Of a stretch of DNA of 64,000 bases, positions 1 through 13,404 are shown piece by piece (the stretch's first letter is position 1; every line of letters starts with the position of its first letter). The stretch lies in NCBI GenBank assembly GCA_951406725.2, contig OX597842.1, positions 310,001-374,000 of the forward strand, read 5' to 3'. Under the pieces are notes generated by a model, which was given only the letters and a program-made list of their open reading frames with translations, did not search any database and was not told where the DNA came from. Position numbers and translations under genes: made by a program. The stretch comes from Octopus vulgaris (taxonomy: Eukaryota).

Positions 1-1424
1 TCCTAGACATTACCTTTTCAGTTCTGTCTTCTATTTCCTTCCCATAACTCATAAGTTTTAGCCAATCTTTTGATTTTTGATTTCTTTAAATTTTTAATTT
101 AACCTTTGAGAAAGGCTAAAGAGCCAAAAATGCACATCAGGGAATGTACTGCAGCAGTGGTTTTCGACCGGGGTCATGATGGTTTGTGGAGGTCCATATA
201 GGACTGACACCTTCAATTTTGCTATGGATCCAACACACCAGAGCATTGTGGTGAACTCCATTCCATGCATTGGCAAGGCTTCTATTGCTTCATGGCTTTC
301 CTAACACTCACCACTTTAGCACATGTAGTGGCTGCTTTTCTTCATTGCACCACCACTCATTTGGTTACCATGTAGCTGCTATTATGACAGTCGTTCTGAA
401 TAGGATTGTGGTTATGATGTTTATCATCATCAGTTATGGCACCTGTGCCGGTTGCACGTAAAAAGCACCATCCGTACGTTGCTGATGCCAGCGCCGCCTT
501 GACCGGCTTCCATGTCGGTGGCATGAAAAAACGACCAACCGATCGTGGCCGTTGCCAGCCTCCCCTGGCACATAAAAAGTACCCACTACAGTCACATGTG
601 TTTCACGTTTAGGAAAGGCATCCAGCTGTAGAAACACTGCCAGATCAGACTGGAGCCTGGTGCAGCCTCCTGGCTTCCCAGATCCCGGTCGATCCGTCCA
701 ACCAATGCAAGCATAGAAAACGGATGTTAAACGATGATGATGATGTTTCATGCAGAATTCATTCCTCCTTTTTAATGCCAACCATTTTACAGAGTACTTG
801 GAGGCTTTTTTACATGGCACCAATACTAGGAGGTCGCCAATAACTATAAAGACAAAGGAAGCGGAAGGAAAAATCCCGACCGAAGAGCATAGCAGTGAGT
901 GTGGTGGCTTTATACCAGGTGCTGAGAGGTTAAAATAAGTGGGGTGGGTGTAAGTGGAAAGTGACATGGTTTAATCAGGCATACACCCATGTCTGATGAA
1001 ATCATGTCCCAATAAACATAAATCTCATTAAATTAAAACTCGTTAGTCTAAGTGTAATAAGATGTCTAATTTCTTTTGATGGTCTCTATTACACATTTTC
1101 CCTTTTAATTTCCAAGGGCAAAAAAATTAACCCTTTAGCATTCAGATAATTCAGTGAAATGTAATCCTTATTTATTCAAATTGGTTTGAATTAATGATGG
1201 ATTATCTCGTAGCTTTGAAATTTCAAAGATGTGATGATGAATTTTTGGAATAACATTGTAGGGTAGGTGTGAGAGGGTGGATGTGGCTAGTTCAAACATA
1301 AGACAGATATGGCTGGTTTAATCCTTCAGCAATCAGGTTACTGTGAAATATAATGTTCTTTTCTTCATATTATTTTGAATTATATCATCTTAAAATCAAA
1401 AATTTTTGTTTCCATTTTTTACAG

Positions 1425-1463
1425 AATCGACAATTACAAATGATGATAATGTCCACCAAAGTC
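1425..1463 (+). CDS. 39-nt phase-1 microexon e1, (E)STITNDDNVHQS
   Basis: Polypyrimidine tract plus ttttttacAG acceptor and GTAAGT donor; exactly 13 codons; stop-free; paralogous to the microexon that follows the leader exon. Confidence 0.7.
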
Positions 1464-2921
1464 GTAAGTGGATTAACAAACCTTTTCTCTCTTTTTAAAC
1501 TAGACATTACCTTTTTATTTCTGTCTTCTATTTCTTTCCCTTAACTCATAACTTTTATCCAATCTTTTGATTTTTGATTTCTTTAAATTTTTAATTTAAC
1601 CTTTGAGAAAGGCCAAAGAGCCAAAAATGCACATCAGGGAATGTACTGCAGCAGTGGTTTTCGACCAGGGTCATGATGGTTTGTGGAGGTCCATATAGGA
1701 CTGACACCTTCAATTTTGATATGGATCCAACAAGCCACAGCATTGTGGTGAACTCCATTCCATGCATTGGCAAGGCTTCTATTGCTTCATGGCCTTCCTA
1801 ACTCTCACCACTTTAGCACATGTAGTGGCTGCTTTTCTTCATTGCACCATCACTCATTTGGTTACCATGTAGCTGCTATTATGACAGTCGTTCTGAATAG
1901 GATTGTGGTTATGATGTTTGTCATCATCAGTTGTGGCACCTGTGCAGGTGGCACGTAAAAAGAACCACCCGTACGTTGCCGATGACAGCGCCGCCTTGAC
2001 TGGCTTCCATGTCGGTGGCATGAAAAAACCACCAACCGATCGTGGCCGTTGCCAGCCTCCTCTGGCACAAAAAAAGTACCCACTACAGGCACGTGTGTTT
2101 CACGTTTAGGAAAGGCATCCAGCTGTAGAAACACTGCCAGATCAGACTGGAGCCTGGTGCAGCCTCCTGGCTTCCCAGATCCCGGTCGATCCGTCCAACC
2201 AATGCAAGCACAGAAAACGGATGTTAAACGATGATGATGATGTTTCATGCAGAATTCATTCCTCCTTTTTAATGCCAACCATTTTACAGAGTACTTGGAG
2301 GCTTTTGTACGTGGCACCAATACTAGGAGGTCGCCAATAACTATAAAGACAAAGGAAGCGGAAGGAAAAAGTCCCGACCGAAGAGCATAGCAGTGAGGTT
2401 GGTGGCTTTATACCAGGTGCTGAGAGGTTAAAATAAGTGGGGTGGGTGTAAGTGGAAAGTGACATGATTTAATCAGGCGTACACCCATGTCTGATGAAAT
2501 CATGTCCCAATAAACATAAATCTCATTAAATTAAAACTCGTTAGTCTAAGTGTAGTAAGATGTCTAATTTCTTTTGATGGTCTCTATTACACATTTTCAC
2601 TTTTAATTTCCAAGGGCAAAAATACTGACCCTTTAGCATTCAGACAATTCAGTGAAATGTAATCCTTATTTATTCACATTCGTTTGAATTAATCATGGAT
2701 TATCTCGTAGCTTTGAGATTTCAAAGATGTGATGATGAATTTTTGGAATAACATTGTAGGGTAGGTGTGAGAGGGTGGATGTGGCTAGTTCAAACATAAA
2801 ACAGATATGGCTGGTTTAATCCTTTAGCAATCAGATTACTGTGAAATATAATGTTCTTTTATTCATATTATTTTGAATCATATCATCTTAAATCAAAAAT
2901 TTTTGTTTCCATTTTTTACAG

Positions 2922-2960
2922 ATTTGATAAATATAAATGATGATAATATCACCAAAAGTG
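2922..2960 (+). CDS. 39-nt microexon e2, (H)LININDDNITKS
   Basis: ttttttacAG / GTAAGT boundaries; 39 nt; N-I-T sequon. Confidence 0.72.
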
Positions 2961-4405
2961 GTAAGTGGATTAACAAACCTTTTCTCTCCTAGACATTACC
3001 TTTTCAGTTCTGTCTTCTATTTCCTTCCCATAACTCATAAGTTTTAGCCAATCTTTTGATTTTTGATTTCTTTAAATTTTTAATTTAAACTTTGAGAAAG
3101 GCTAAAGAGCCAAAAATGCACATCAGGGAATGTACTGCAGCAGTGGTTTTCGACCAGGGTCATGATGGTTTGTGGAGGTCCATATAGGACTGACACGTTC
3201 AATTTTGATATGGATCCAACAAGCCACAGCATTGTGGTGAACTCCATTCCATGCATTGGCAAGGCTTCTATTGCTTCATGGCCTTCCTAACACTCACCAC
3301 TTTAGCACATGTAGTGGCTGCTTTTCTTCATTGCACCACCACTCATTTAGTTACCATGTAGCTGCTATTATGACAGTCGTTCTGAATAGGATTGTGGTTA
3401 TGATGTTTATCATCATCAGTTATGGCACCTGTGCCGGTTGCATGTAAAAAGCACCATCCATACGTTGCTGATGCAAGCGTCGCCTTGACTGGCTTCCATG
3501 TCGGTGGCATGAAAACCACCAACCGATCGTGGCCGTTGCCAGCCTCCTCTGGCACATAAAAAGTACCCACTACAGGCACGTGTATTTCACGTTTAGGAAA
3601 GGCATCCAGCTGTAGAAACACTGCCAGATCAGACTGGAGCCTGGTGCAGCCTCCTGGCTTCCCAGATCCCGGTCGATCCGTCCAACCAATGCAAGCATAG
3701 AAAACAGATGTTAAACGATGATGATGATGTTTCATGCAGAATTCATTCCTCCTTTTTAATGCCAACCATTTTACAGAGTACTTGGAGGCTTTTGTACGTG
3801 GCACCAATACTAGGAGGTCGCCAATAACTATAAAGACAAATGAAGCGGAAGGAAAAAGCCCCGACCGAAGAGCAAAGCAGTGAGGGTGGTGGCTTTATAC
3901 CAGGTGCTGAGAGGTTAAAATAAGTGGGGTGGGTGAAAGTGGAAAGTGACATGATATAATCATGCGTACACCCATGTCTGATGAAATCATGTCCCAATAA
4001 ACATAAATCTCATTAAATTAAAACTCGTTAGTCTAAGTGTAATAAGATGTCTAATTTCTTTTGATGGTCTCTATTGCACATTTTCCCTTTTAATTTCCAA
4101 GGGCAAAAATATTGACCCTTTAGCATTCAGATAATTCTGTGAAATGTAATCCTTATTTATTCACAATGGTTTGAATTAATCATGGATTATCTCGTAGCTT
4201 TGAAATTTCAAAGATATGATGATGAATTTTTGGAATAACATTGTAGGGTAGGTGTGAGAGTGTGGATGTGGCTAGTTCAAACATAAACAGATATGGCTGG
4301 TTTAATCCTTTAGCAATCAGATTACTGTGAAATATAATGTTCTTTTATTCAGATTATTTTGAATCATATCTTAAAATCAAAAATTTTTGTTTCCATTTTT
4401 TACAG

Positions 4406-4444
4406 AATCGACAAATATAAACGATGATAATATCACCCAAAGTT
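4406..4444 (+). CDS. 39-nt microexon e3, (E)STNINDDNITQS
   Basis: ttttttacAG / GTAAGT boundaries; 39 nt; N-I-T sequon. Confidence 0.72.
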
Positions 4445-5895
4445 GTAAGTGGATTAACAAACCTTTTCTCTCCTAGACATTACCTTTTCATTTCTGTCTC
4501 CTATTTCTTTCCCTTAACTCATAAGTTTTAGCCAATCTTTTGACTTTTGACTTCTTTAAATTTTTAATTTGACCATTGAGAAAGGCTAATGAGCCAAAAA
4601 TGCACATCAGGGAATGTACTGCAACAGTGGTTTTTGACCAGGGTCATGAGGGTTTGTGGGGGTCCATATAGGACTGACACCTTCAATTTTGCTATGGATC
4701 CAACAAGCCACAGCATTGTGGTGAACTCCATTCCATGCATTGGCAAGGCTTCTATTGCTTCATGGCCTTCCTAACACCCATCATTTTACCACATGTAGTG
4801 GCTACTTTTCTTCATTGCACCACCAATCATTTGGTTTCCATGTAGCTGCGATTATGAAAGTCGTTCTGAATAGTATTGTGGTTATGATGTTTGTCATCAT
4901 CACTTATGGTACCTGTGCCGGTGGCACGTAAAACGCACCACCCGTACGTAGGCGATGGCAGCACTGCCTTGACTGGCTTCCATGTCGCTGGCACATAAAA
5001 ACCACCAAACGATCGTGGCCGTTGCCAGCCTCGCCTGGCACATAAAAAGTACCCACTACACTCACGGGGTGGTTGGCGTTTAGGAAGGGCAACCAGCTGT
5101 AGAAACAATGCCAGATCAGACCTGAGCCTGGTGGAGCCACTGGCTTTTCAGACCTAGGTCGATCCGTCCAACCCATGCTAACATGGAAAACGGATGTTAA
5201 ACGATGATGATGATGTTCCATGCAGAATTCATACCTACATTTTAATGCCAACCATTTTACAGAGTACTTGGAGGCTTTTTACTTGCCACCAACACTAGTA
5301 AGTCGCCAAGTAACTATGAAGAAAAAGGAAGCGGAAGGAAAAAGCCCCGACCGAAGAGCATAGCAGTGAGGGTGGTGGCTTTATACCAGGTGCTGAGAGG
5401 TTAAAATAAGTGGGGTGGGTGTAAGTGGAAAGTGACATGATTTAATCAGGCGTACACCCATGTCAGCTGAAATCATGTCCCAATAAACATAAATCTCATT
5501 AAATTAAATCTCGTTAGTCTAAGTGTAATAAGATGTCTAATTTCTTTTGATGGTCTCTATTGCACATTTTCCCTTTTAATTTCCAAGAACAAAAATACTG
5601 ACCCTTTAGCATTCAGATAATTCTGTGAAATGTAATCCTTATTCATTCACATTTGTTTGAATTAATTATGGATTATCTTGTAGCTTTGAGATTTCAAAGA
5701 TGTAATGATGAATTTTTGGAATAACATTGTAGGGTAGGTGTGAGAGGGTGGATATGGCTAGTTCAAACATAAAACAGATATGGCTGGTTTAATCCTTTAG
5801 CAATCAGATTACTGTGAAATATAATGTTCTTTTATTCACATTATTTTGAATTATATCATCTTAAAATCAAAAGTTTTTGTTTTCATTTTTTACAG

Positions 5896-5934
5896 GTTTG
5901 GCAAATGCATTTGCTTATAATATCACCGAAAGTG
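5896..5934 (+). CDS. 39-nt microexon e4, (C)LANAFAYNITES
   Basis: ttttttacAG / GTAAGT boundaries; 39 nt; closest to the xYAY-type microexons at 21979, 28934 and 34352. Confidence 0.72.
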
Positions 5935-7384
5935 GTAAGTGGATTAACAAACCATTTCTCTCCTAGACATTACCTTTTCAGTTCTGTCTTCTATTTACTT
6001 CCCTTAACTCATAACCTTTAGCCAATCTTTTGATTTTTGATTTCTTTAAATTTCTAATTTGACCATTGAGAAAGGCTAAAGAGCCAAAAATGCTCATCAG
6101 GGAATATACTGCAACAGTGGTTTTCGACCAGGGTCATGATGGTTTGTGGAGGTCCATATAGGACTGACACCTTCAATTTTGCTATGGATCCAACAAGCCA
6201 CAGCATTGTGGTGAACTCCATTCCATGCATTGGCAAGGCTTCTATTGCTTCATGGCCTTCCTAACTCTCACCACTTTAGCACATGTAGTGGCTGCTTTTC
6301 TTCATTGCACCACCACTAATTTGGTTACCATGTAGCTGCGATTATGACAGTCGTTCTGAATAGGACTGTGGTTATGATGTTTATCATCATCAGTTGTGGC
6401 ACCTGTGCAGGTGGCACGTAAAAAGAACCACCCGTACGTTGCCGATGACAGCGCCGCCTTGACTGGCTTCCATGTCGGTGGCATGAAAAAACCACCAACC
6501 GATCGTGGCCGTTGCCAGCCTCCTCTGGCACAAAAAAAGTACCCACTACAGGCACGTGTGTTTCACGTTTAGGAAAGGCATCCAGCTGTAGAAACACTGC
6601 CAGATCAGACTGGAGCCTGGTGCAGCCTCCTGGCTTCCCAGATCCCGGTCGATCCGTCCAACCAATGCAAGCATAGAAAACGGATGTTAAACGATGATGA
6701 TGATGTTTCATGCAGAATTCATTCCTCCTTTTTAATGCCAACCATTTTACAGAGTACTTGGAGGCTTTTGTACGTGGCACCAATACTAGGAGGTCGCCAA
6801 TAACTATAAAGACAAAGGAAGCGGAAGGAAAAAGTCCCGACCGAAGAGCATAGCAGTGAGGTTGGTGGCTTTATACCAGGTGCTGAGAGGTTAAAATAAG
6901 TGGGGTGGGTGTAAGTGGAAAGTGACATGATTTAATCAGGCGTACACCCATGTCTGATGAAATCATGTCCCAATAAACATAAATCTCATTAAATTAAAAC
7001 TCGTTAGTCTAAGTGTAGTAAGATGTCTAATTTCTTTTGATGGTCTCTATTACACATTTTCACTTTTAATTTCCAAGGGCAAAAATACTGACCCTTTAGC
7101 ATTCAGACAATTCAGTGAAATGTAATCCTTATTTATTCACATTCGTTTGAATTAATCATGGATTATCTCGTAGCTTTGAGATTTCAAAGATGTGATGATG
7201 AATTTTTGGAATAACATTGTAGGGTAGGTGTGAGAGGGTGGATGTGGCTAGTTCAAACATAAAACAGATATGGCTGGTTTAATCCTTTAGCAATCAGATT
7301 ACTGTGAAATATAATGTTCTTTTATTCATATTATTTTGAATCATATCATCTTAAATCAAAAATTTTTGTTTCCATTTTTTACAG

Positions 7385-7423
7385 ATTTGATAAATATAAA
7401 TGATGATAATATCACCCAAAGTG
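7385..7423 (+). CDS. 39-nt microexon e5, (D)LININDDNITQS
   Basis: ttttttacAG / GTAAGT boundaries; higher-order copy of e2 with one nonsynonymous change (K>Q). Confidence 0.72.
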
Positions 7424-8869
7424 GTAAGTGGATTAACAAACCTTTTCTCTCCTAGACATTACCTTTTCAGTTCTGTCTTCTATTTCCTTCCCATAACTCA
7501 TAAGTTTTAGCCAATCTTTTGATTTTTGATTTCTTTAAATTTTTAATTTAAACTTTGAGAAAGGCTAAAGAGCCAAAAATGCACATCAGGGAATGTACTG
7601 CAGCAGTGGTTTTCGACCAGGGTCATGATGGTTTGTGGAGGTCCATATAGGACTGACACCTTCAATTTTGATATGGATCCAACAAGCCACAGCATTGTGG
7701 TGAACTCCATTCCATGCATTGGCAAGGCTTCTATTGCTTCATGGCCTTCCTAACACTCACCACTTTAGCACATGTAGTGGCTGCTTTTCTTCATTGCACC
7801 ACCACTCATTTAGTTACCATGTAGCTGCTATTATGACAGTCGTTCTGAATAGGATTGTGGTTATGATGTTTATCATCATCAGTTATGGCACCTGTGCCGG
7901 TTGCATGTAAAAAGCACCATCCATACGTTGCTGATGCAAGCGTCGCCTTGACTGGCTTCCATGTCGGTGGCATGAAAAAACCACCAACCGATCGTGGCCG
8001 TTGCCAGCCTCCTCTGGCACATAAAAAGTACCCACTACAGGCACGTGTATTTCACGTTTAGGAAAGGCATCCAGCTGTAGAAACACTGCCAGATCAGACT
8101 GGAGCCTGGTGCAGCCTCCTGGCTTCCCAGATCCCGGTCGATCCGTCCAACCAATGCAAGCATAGAAAACAGATGTTAAACGATGATGATGATGTTTCAT
8201 GCAGAATTCATTCCTCCTTTTTAATGCCAACCATTTTACAGAGTACTTGGAGGCTTTTGTACGTGGCACCAATACTAGGAGGTCGCCAATAACTATAAAG
8301 ACAAATGAAGCGGAAATAAAAAGCCCCAACCGAAGAGCATAGCAGTGACGGTGGTGGCTTTATACCAGGTGCTGAGAGGTTAAAATAAGTGGGGTGGGTG
8401 AAAGTGGAAAGTGACATGATTTAATCAGGCGTACACCCATGTCTGATGAAATCATGTCCCAATAAACATAAATCTCATTAAATTAAAACTCGTTAGTCTA
8501 AGTGTAATAAGATGTCTAATTTCTTTTGATGGTCTCTATTGCACATTTTCCCTTTTAATTCCAACGGCAAAAATATTAACCCTTTAGCATTCAGATAATT
8601 CAGTGAAATTTAATCCTTATTTATTCACAATGGTTTGAATTAATCATGGATTATCTCGTAGCTTTGAAATTTCAAAGATATGATGATGAATTTTTGGAAT
8701 AACATTGTAGGGTAGGTGTGAGAGTGTGGATGTGGCTAGTTCAAACATAAACAGATATGGCTGGTTTAATCCTTTAGCAATCAGATTACTGTGAAATATA
8801 ATGTTCTTTTATTCAGATTATTTTGAATCATATCTTAAAATCAAAAGTATTTGTTTCCATTTTTTACAG

Positions 8870-8908
8870 AATCGACAAATATAAACGATGATAATATCAC
8901 CCAAAGTT
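8870..8908 (+). CDS. 39-nt microexon e6, (E)STNINDDNITQS
   Basis: ttttttacAG / GTAAGT boundaries; identical to e3. Confidence 0.72.
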
Positions 8909-10360
8909 GTAAGTGGATTAACAAACCTTTTCTCTCCTAGACATTACCTTTTCATTTCTGTCTTCTATTTCTTTCCCTTAACTCATAAGTTTTAGCCAAT
9001 CTTTTGACTTTTGACTTCTTTAAATTTTTAATTTGACCATTGAGAAAGGCTAATGAGCCAAAAATGCACATCAGGGAATGTACTGCAACAGTGGTTTTTG
9101 ACCAGGGTCATGAGGGTTTGTGGGGGTCCATATAGGACTGACACCTTCAATTTTGCTATGGATCCAACAAGCCACAGCATTGTGGTGAACTCCATTCCAT
9201 GCATTGGCAAGGCTTCTATTGCTTCATGGCCTTCCTAACACCCATCACTTTACCACATGTAGTGGCTACTTTTCTTCATTGCACCACCAATCATTTGGTT
9301 TCCATGTAGCTGCGATTATGACAGTCGTTCTGAATAGTATTGTGGTTATGATGTTTGTCATCATCACTTATGGTACCTGTGCCGGTGGCACGTAAAACGC
9401 ACCACCCGTACGTAGGCGATGGCAGCACTGCCTTGACTGGCTTCCATGTCGCTGGCACATAAAAACCACCAAACGATCGTGGCCGTTGCCAGCCTCGCTT
9501 GGCACATAAAAAGGATCCACTACACTCACGGAGTGGTTGGCGTTTAGGAAGGGCAACCAGCTGTAGAAACAATGCCAGATCAGACCTGAGCCTGGTGGAG
9601 CCACTTGGCTTTTCAGACCTAGGTCGATCCGTCCAACCCATGCTAACATGGAAAACGGATGTTAAACGATGATGATGATGTTCCATGCAGAATTCATACC
9701 TACATTTTAATGCCAACCATTTTACAGAGTACTTGGAGGCTTTTTACTTGCCACCAACACTAGTAAGTCGCCAAGTAACTATGAAGAAAAAGGAAGCGGA
9801 AGGAAAAAGCCCCGACCGAAGAGCATAGCAGTGAGGGTGGTGGCTTTATACCAGGTGCTGAGAGGTTAAAATAAGTGGGGTGGGTGTAAGTGGAAAGTGA
9901 CATGATTTAATCAGGCGTACACCCATGTCAGCTGAAATCATGTCCCAATAAACATAAATCTCATTAAATTAAATCTCGTTAGTCTAAGTGTAATAAGATG
10001 TCTAATTTCTTTTGATGGTCTCTATTGCACATTTTCCCTTTTAATTTCCAAGAGCAAAAATACTGACCCTTTAGCATTCAGATAATTCTGTGAAATGTAA
10101 TCCTTATTCATTCACATTTGTTTGAATTAATCATGGATTATCTTGTAGCTTTGAGATTTCAAAGATGTAATGATGAATTTTTGGAATAACATTGTAGGGT
10201 AGGTGTGAGAGGGTGGATATGGCTAGTTCAAACATAAAACAGATATGGCTGGTTTAATCCTTTAGCAATCAGATTACTGTGAAATATAATGTTCTTTTAT
10301 TCACATTATTTTGAATTATATCATCTTAAAATCAAAAGTTTTTGTTTTCATTTTTTACAG

Positions 10361-10399
10361 GTTTGGCAAATGCATTTGCTTATAATATCACCGAAAGTG
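10361..10399 (+). CDS. 39-nt microexon e7, (C)LANAFAYNITES; last microexon before Ig-like exon A
   Basis: ttttttacAG / GTAAGT boundaries; identical to e4; G+CC junction into exon 20280 gives Ala. Confidence 0.75.
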
Positions 10400-11714
10400 G
10401 TAAGTGGATTAACAAACCATTTCTCTCCTAGACATTACCTTTTCAGTTCTGTCTTCTATTTACTTCCCTTAACTCATAACCTTTAGCCAATCTTTTGATT
10501 TTTGATTTCTTTAAATTTCTAATTTGACCATTGAGAAAGGCTAAAGAGCCAAAAATGCTCATCAGGGAATATACTGCAACAGTGGTTTTCGACCAGGGTC
10601 ATGATGGATTGTGGGGGTCCATTTGGGACTGACAACTTCAATTTTGCTATGGATTCAACAAGCCACAGCATTGTGGTGACCTCCATTCTATGCATTGGCA
10701 AGGCTTCTATTGCTTCATGGCCTTCCTAACACCCACCGCTTTACCACATGTAGTGGCTGCTTTTCTTCATTGCACCACCACTCATTGGCTACCATGTAGC
10801 TGCGATTATGACAGTCGTTCTGAATAGGAATGTTGTTATGATGTTTGTCATCATCACATATGGCACGTAAAAAGCACCATCCGTACCTAGGCGATGCCAG
10901 TGCCGCCATGACTGGCTTCCATGTCGGTGGCACATAAAAACCACCAACCGATCGATGCCGTTGCCAGCATCGCCTGGCACATAAAAAGCATCCACTTCAC
11001 TCACGGAGTGGTTGGCGTTTAGGAAGGGCATCAAGCTGTAGAGACACTGCCAGATCAGAATGGACCCTGGTGCAGCCTCCTAGTTTCCCAGACCCCGGTT
11101 GATCTGTCCAACCCATGCTAGCATGGAAAACGGATGTTAAACGATGATGATGACGTTTCATGCAGAATTCATTCCTACTTTTTAATGCCAACCATTTTAC
11201 AGAGTACTTGGAGGCATTTTTACTCGCCACCAACACTAGTAGGTCGCCAAGTAACTATAAAGAAAAAGCAAGCGGAAGGAATAAGCCCCGACCGAAGAGC
11301 ATAGCAGTGAGGGTGGTGGCTTTATACCAGGTGCTGAGAGGTTAAAATTAAATTAAAACTCGTTAATCTAAGTGTAATAAGATGTCTAATTTCTTTTGAT
11401 GGTCTCTATTACACATTTTCCCTTTTAATTTCCAAGGGCAAAAATATTGACCCTTTAGCATTCAGATAATTCAGTGAAATGTAATCCTTATTTATTCACA
11501 TTGGTTTGAATTAATCATGGATTATCTCATAGCTTTGAGATTTCAATGATACAATGATGAATTTTTGGAATGACATTGTAGGTTAGATGGGAGAGGCCAG
11601 AGCTGGCCAGTTTAATCATAAAATTGGCAGGATATTTGGGCCTTGCAAAACCACTGCAGCTTCTCTTAATTGGTAAGCTCCGAGACCAACTGAAAGAAGG
11701 AATAATATGCTGTA

Positions 11715-11893
11715 TTCATAAAGGAGGAAGCAGGGCCGGTGCTAAATATTATAGGCCTATCTCTGTGACCTCACACATCAGCAAAGTCATAGACTGAATA
11801 GTCTGCAAGAAACTAATCGTGTTCCATGAAGTAAATGACTTGCTGACTGATACCCAGCATGGATTTTGACCAGGTAGAAGCTGCCTCTAACAA
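11715..11893 (+). mobile_element. Decayed CR1/Jockey-group LINE reverse-transcriptase fragment (copies at ~30410-30590 and ~35805-35980)
   Basis: Translates to YRPIS(V/L)[15 protein letters not shown]...TQ(H/Y)GFRPGRSCL, the YRPISL..QxGFR..RSC motif at the start of LINE RT, interrupted by stops. Confidence 0.8.
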
Positions 11894-11986
11894 CATTGTG
11901 ACTGGGTATTAAGTATTTTGTTATTTTGTCACTTGCTTATCTCTTGTGTGTTTATATATTTATAACTTTCCAGTGATGCCCTGAAC

Positions 11987-12042
<56 letters not shown>

Positions 12043-12134
12043 ATAATAATTACTTGAGGGAATATAAATCCAAACTTACAGGGAATAAAAATTCAATTTA
12101 GAAATACTAAATCAAATTTCACACAATATAATAT

Positions 12135-12422
12135 ATATATAAAGTAATAGAAAAAAACACCTTTTATCAATTCAAAATGAACAATTAAATTACACAATCT
12201 AGAAAATTACATATAATAGAAATATTAAAATTAAAATATCAACGATTAAGTAAATTGCAAAAAAAAAATTACCAATCATATATGTTTTTTTATTATTTGA
12301 TTTTGCAATTTACTTTATCATTGATATTTTATTGTTATTTTAATTTTAATATTTCTATTATATGTAAATTTTCTAGATGGTGTAATTTAATTGTTTATTT
12401 TGAATTGATAAAAGTTTTTTTT

Positions 12423-12432
<10 letters not shown>
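12135..12432. repeat. AT-rich imperfect inverted repeat between (TA)n tracts (copies ~30772-31065 and ~36170-36490)
   Basis: ttttatcaattcaaaatgaacaattaaattacac...tctagaaaattacatataatagaaatattaaaa is reverse-complemented at ~12340-12415. Confidence 0.75.
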
Positions 12433-12464
<32 letters not shown>

Positions 12465-12496
12465 CAAAATAAACAACAAGAATAACTTCGGTAATT

Positions 12497-12580
12497 TGGT
12501 ACGATCATTTCACGCTACATCATTTTATTAAATGTTGTAAGTATTAGAACAGTTTTAAAATGCTGAGCACTCATCAGCCT
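12497..12580 (-). ncRNA. Degenerate type I hammerhead ribozyme motif in an inverted-repeat element (paralogs 22399-22482, 31136-31219, 36561-36644)
   Basis: Minus strand reads CTGATGA, a long stem II (GTGCTCAGCATTTTA...TAAAATGATGTAGCGT), then GAAA(C/T)GATCGTA. Stem I is only 2-3 bp. The 3' half is repeated in inverted orientation at ~12640-12745. Confidence 0.5.
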
Positions 12581-13404
12581 TTAATAGAGGCTTTCCATTA
12601 ATACATAATTTTCATATGATATGAAAATTATGTATTAATTTAATTTAAAACTGTTGTAATACTTACAACATTTAATCAAATGTTATAGCATGAAACGATC
12701 GTACCAAATTACCGGAGTCATTCTTGTTGATTATTTTGATTATAATCACTCCATGGATTTATATGGATAACACCATACAAAATTCTGGTGCATCTAACTT
12801 AAGTACCATATTCATTAGAATCTATAAATATATTATATAAAGTAAAGATTATTTGCCAACGTAACGTGGAAATCCTGGTTAGGACAAATGGTACTGTTAT
12901 TTAACCCCAGGAAAAATCATCTCCAGGTGGTTATACATCATACTATCTGCATACCAATGGTCTCTGGGTTATTTCCCTTCATCAGCACCGAATAACTGCT
13001 CGGCTAGAGATGGCACCACTAACCTCTTGTCCAAAATATATACTTTTCAAATTGACACACATTTACTGATCTAATAAATAGAAAATTATTTCTAAATCTC
13101 TGAACGAGAGACATTGAGTAACAGTACTCTAGAGTAAAAATTATTTGCCAACATAATATGGCAGTCCTGGTTAGGACGATTGTTACTGTTATTTAGCCCT
13201 AGGAAACATCGTCTCCAGCTGGATATATGACACACTAGCTGCATCCTTATATTTTCGAACAAGGAGGTTTAGCATCCCATAGAACATAGATAGTGTGTCA
13301 TATAAACAGTGGGAGACAATGTTTCCTGGGGCTGAAGAACAATAATAATCATCCTACCTAGGACTGCCATATTACGTTGGCAAACAATCTTTACTCTCGA
13401 GTAC

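Larger units (their letters stand above)
1..11575. repeat. Tandem array of a ~1.49-kb unit (about 7.7 copies, continuing off the left edge) with a 3-unit higher-order period of ~4464 bp
   Basis: Equivalent ORF-track landmarks sit at 94, 1591, 3080, 4564, 6054, 7543, 9028 and 10519. Units three apart are near-identical (3080/7543, 4564/9028). Each unit holds an RTE 3'-UTR fragment ending ...GTTAAACGATGATGATG, a piggyBac-like MITE end and one 39-nt microexon. Single-copy counterparts lie at ~28750-30270 and ~34190-35660. Confidence 0.97.

Noticed and set aside
94-11345. Recurrent 60-177 aa ORFs in the 1.49-kb units (MPMHGMEF..., MARLLLLH..., MVPRTKAS...)
   Set aside because: They recur only because the DNA is repeated, overlap an RTE 3'-UTR fragment, and are broken by frameshifts in different copies.
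12948-12990. Minus-strand hammerhead-like motif CTGATGAAGGGAAATAACCCAGAGACCATTGGTA (and paralogs)
   Set aside because: The essential GAAA is GAGA and stem I does not pair; at best a dead remnant.
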